A DNA stretch of 64,000 nt, from contig CAXXTF010000002.1 in NCBI GenBank assembly GCA_963665775.2, positions 1,184,001 through 1,248,000 of the forward strand. The letters run 5' to 3'. This stretch comes from Dehalococcoidia bacterium. GTDB lineage: Bacteria; Chloroflexota; Dehalococcoidia; SM23-28-2; RBG-16-64-32. The notes under the pieces are model-generated. The model was not told where the DNA came from. It did not search any database and saw only the letters and a program-made list of their open reading frames with translations. Positions 62,445 through 64,000 of this stretch are shown here, in pieces. Position 1 is the first letter of the stretch. Each line of letters starts with the position of its first letter. The position numbers and the translations under genes are program-made.

Positions 62445-63701
62445 ATGACCCACTACGTGATCCTGGGGAACAGCGCCGCCGGCCTCACTGCTCTCGATGC
62501 CATCCGGCAGCGGGACAAGGCCGGGCCCATCACCGTCATTTCCAGAGAAGCGGACCCGGCCTACTCTCGCGTCGCCCTTCCCTACATCCTCTCGCGCGAG
62601 AAGGAGCTGCGGCAGGTCACCCTTCGCGAGGAGGAATACTACAAGGCGAATAGGATCGAGCTGATCAGTGGCGTCGGCGCTCATGGGTTGGACAGCCGAG
62701 AGAAGGCTGTCCGACTGGAGGACGGCCGCAGCCTCCCCTACGACAAGCTGCTCATCGCTACCGGCTCGCTGCCCCAGGTGCCGCCGGTGCCTGGGATCGA
62801 GGAGGCCGATGTCTGCTATCACTGGACATTGGCCGACACACGGCTGATCGAGGCGAAGGCGCGGCAGGCGAAGAGCTGCTTCGTCATCGGGGCCGGATTC
62901 ATCAGCCTACTCACCCTTAGCGCCCTGGCCAAGGTGGCCGACCTGAAGTACACCATGGTGGAGGTTGCCGACCAGGTCATGCCGCAGCTCCTGGACCGGC
63001 AGGCCGGCCAGACCCTGGAGCGAGTCATCCGCGAGAAGGGGATCGAGCTGAGGTTAGGCGACCAGCCCTCCGCCATCGAGCGGCGCCGCGATGGCGGCTA
63101 TGAGATCTTCCTCGAGAGCGGAAAGGCCTTAGGCGCCGACATGATCATTTGTGGTGCCGGCGTGCGGCCCAACATCGACTTTCTGGAAGGCTCGGCCCTG
63201 GAGATCGACCGCGGCGTCCTCACGAACGAGCGCCAGGAGACGAACCTGCCCGATGTCTACGCCGCCGGGGACTGTGCCGAGGGGTTCGATTTCCTTTCGG
63301 GTCGGCGAGCGGTCCACGCCATCTGGCCCACGGCCATCGACCAGGGAAGGGTGGCCGGCGCCAACATGGCCGGCGACCACCAGACCTACCCAGGCAGCCT
63401 CAGCTGGAACGTCAGCGAGCTGTTCGGCCTCGCCTGCGCCTCCCTCGGCGAGTTCCGTACCGGCGAGAGTCTGGAGCCCCTCGTCTTCCAGAACGCCAGC
63501 GCCAACCTGTACCGCAAACTCCTTTTGGCGGACGGCCGCATCGCGGGGGCTGTGGTTATCGGCGGTCCCGAGCACATCCAGGAGCTGGGCGTCGTACAGG
63601 CGATGATTCGGCGCCGGACGGACGTCTCCCGCTGGCGTCACCTGCTGGGGGGTGAGCAGATCAATTACGCCATGATGGCCTATGAAAGCCTGAAGCGGTA
63701 G
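62445..63701 (+). CDS. FAD/NAD-dependent oxidoreductase (AorC-like)
   Basis: ILGNSAAG, YSRVAL, ATGS, GAGFI, YAAGDC. Confidence 0.88.
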   Translation: MTHYVILGNSAAGLTALDAIRQRDKAGPITVISREADPAYSRVALPYILSREKELRQVTLREEEYYKANRIELISGVGAHGLDSREKAVRLEDGRSLPYDKLLIATGSLPQVPPVPGIEEADVCYHWTLADTRLIEAKARQAKSCFVIGAGFISLLTLSALAKVADLKYTMVEVADQVMPQLLDRQAGQTLERVIREKGIELRLGDQPSAIERRRDGGYEIFLESGKALGADMIICGAGVRPNIDFLEGSALEIDRGVLTNERQETNLPDVYAAGDCAEGFDFLSGRRAVHAIWPTAIDQGRVAGANMAGDHQTYPGSLSWNVSELFGLACASLGEFRTGESLEPLVFQNASANLYRKLLLADGRIAGAVVIGGPEHIQELGVVQAMIRRRTDVSRWRHLLGGEQINYAMMAYESLKR

Positions 63702-63708
63702 AGGGCGC

Positions 63709-63942
63709 ATGCGGATCAAGGTGGAACTCCAGGCCTATCTGGACCAGTACTCGCCCAGCGGGCAGCCCGGCTTCGAGCGCGATCTCCCCGAAGGCGCCAC
63801 AGTGGGTCAGCTCATCCGCTCCCTGGGCATGCCCGAGGAGATGGCCTGCGTCATCATCGTGAACGACGCCAGCACCGGGCCCGAACACCCGCTGGCGGAG
63901 GGCGATCGGGTGACTATGCTCCCCGCCCTGGCCGGCGGTTAG
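63709..63942 (+). CDS. MoaD/ThiS sulfur carrier
   Basis: 77 aa, EGDRV, C-terminal GG. Confidence 0.88.
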   Translation: MRIKVELQAYLDQYSPSGQPGFERDLPEGATVGQLIRSLGMPEEMACVIIVNDASTGPEHPLAEGDRVTMLPALAGG

Positions 63943-64000
63943 CGCGCCGTTAACCAGCCACCAACCGGTGGCCGAGCGCATCCGTCAGCCCGCCGCCCGT

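Overview
High-GC bacterial chromosomal window, probably Chloroflexota (Dehalococcoidia-like). That placement is inferred from the gatB-yvcK-secG-peptide SBP order, the many Pro/Thr-linker lipoproteins and the hypothetical proteins. 1-19.8 kb: a leftward acyl-CoA catabolic region with a PaaK-like ligase, thioredoxin-NHL lipoprotein, enoyl-CoA hydratase, 3-hydroxyacyl-CoA dehydrogenase, citrate synthase, three family III CoA-transferases, DUF35 plus Cys-less thiolase, a 3-oxoacid CoA-transferase and an acyl-CoA dehydrogenase pair. Middle: housekeeping genes (gatB, yvcK, secG, fmt, rplY, nth, selD, ROK kinase, groEL with CIRCE, gltBD). Right: tldD-retropepsin-pmbA, an ECF sigma/anti-sigma pair, htrA, htpX, ccdA/TlpA, fabH, and an aldehyde:ferredoxin oxidoreductase operon. 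Signals the ORF track misses or mis-calls: (1) two probable selenoproteins with SECIS-like hairpins, SelD with UGA at codon 17 and a glutaredoxin-like protein ending G-U-E-I-T-stop; (2) a lower-GC two-gene islet (metzincin protease plus partner) whose TTGACA/TAGAAT promoter has a G13 tract in the spacer, suggesting phase variation; (3) a protein built from 44-aa (4x11) amphipathic repeats; (4) an in-frame TAG at codon 4 of an HDIG gene; (5) probable ATA and CTG start codons. No rRNA, tRNA, CRISPR array or transposase was seen. All product calls come from motif recognition by eye, not database searches.
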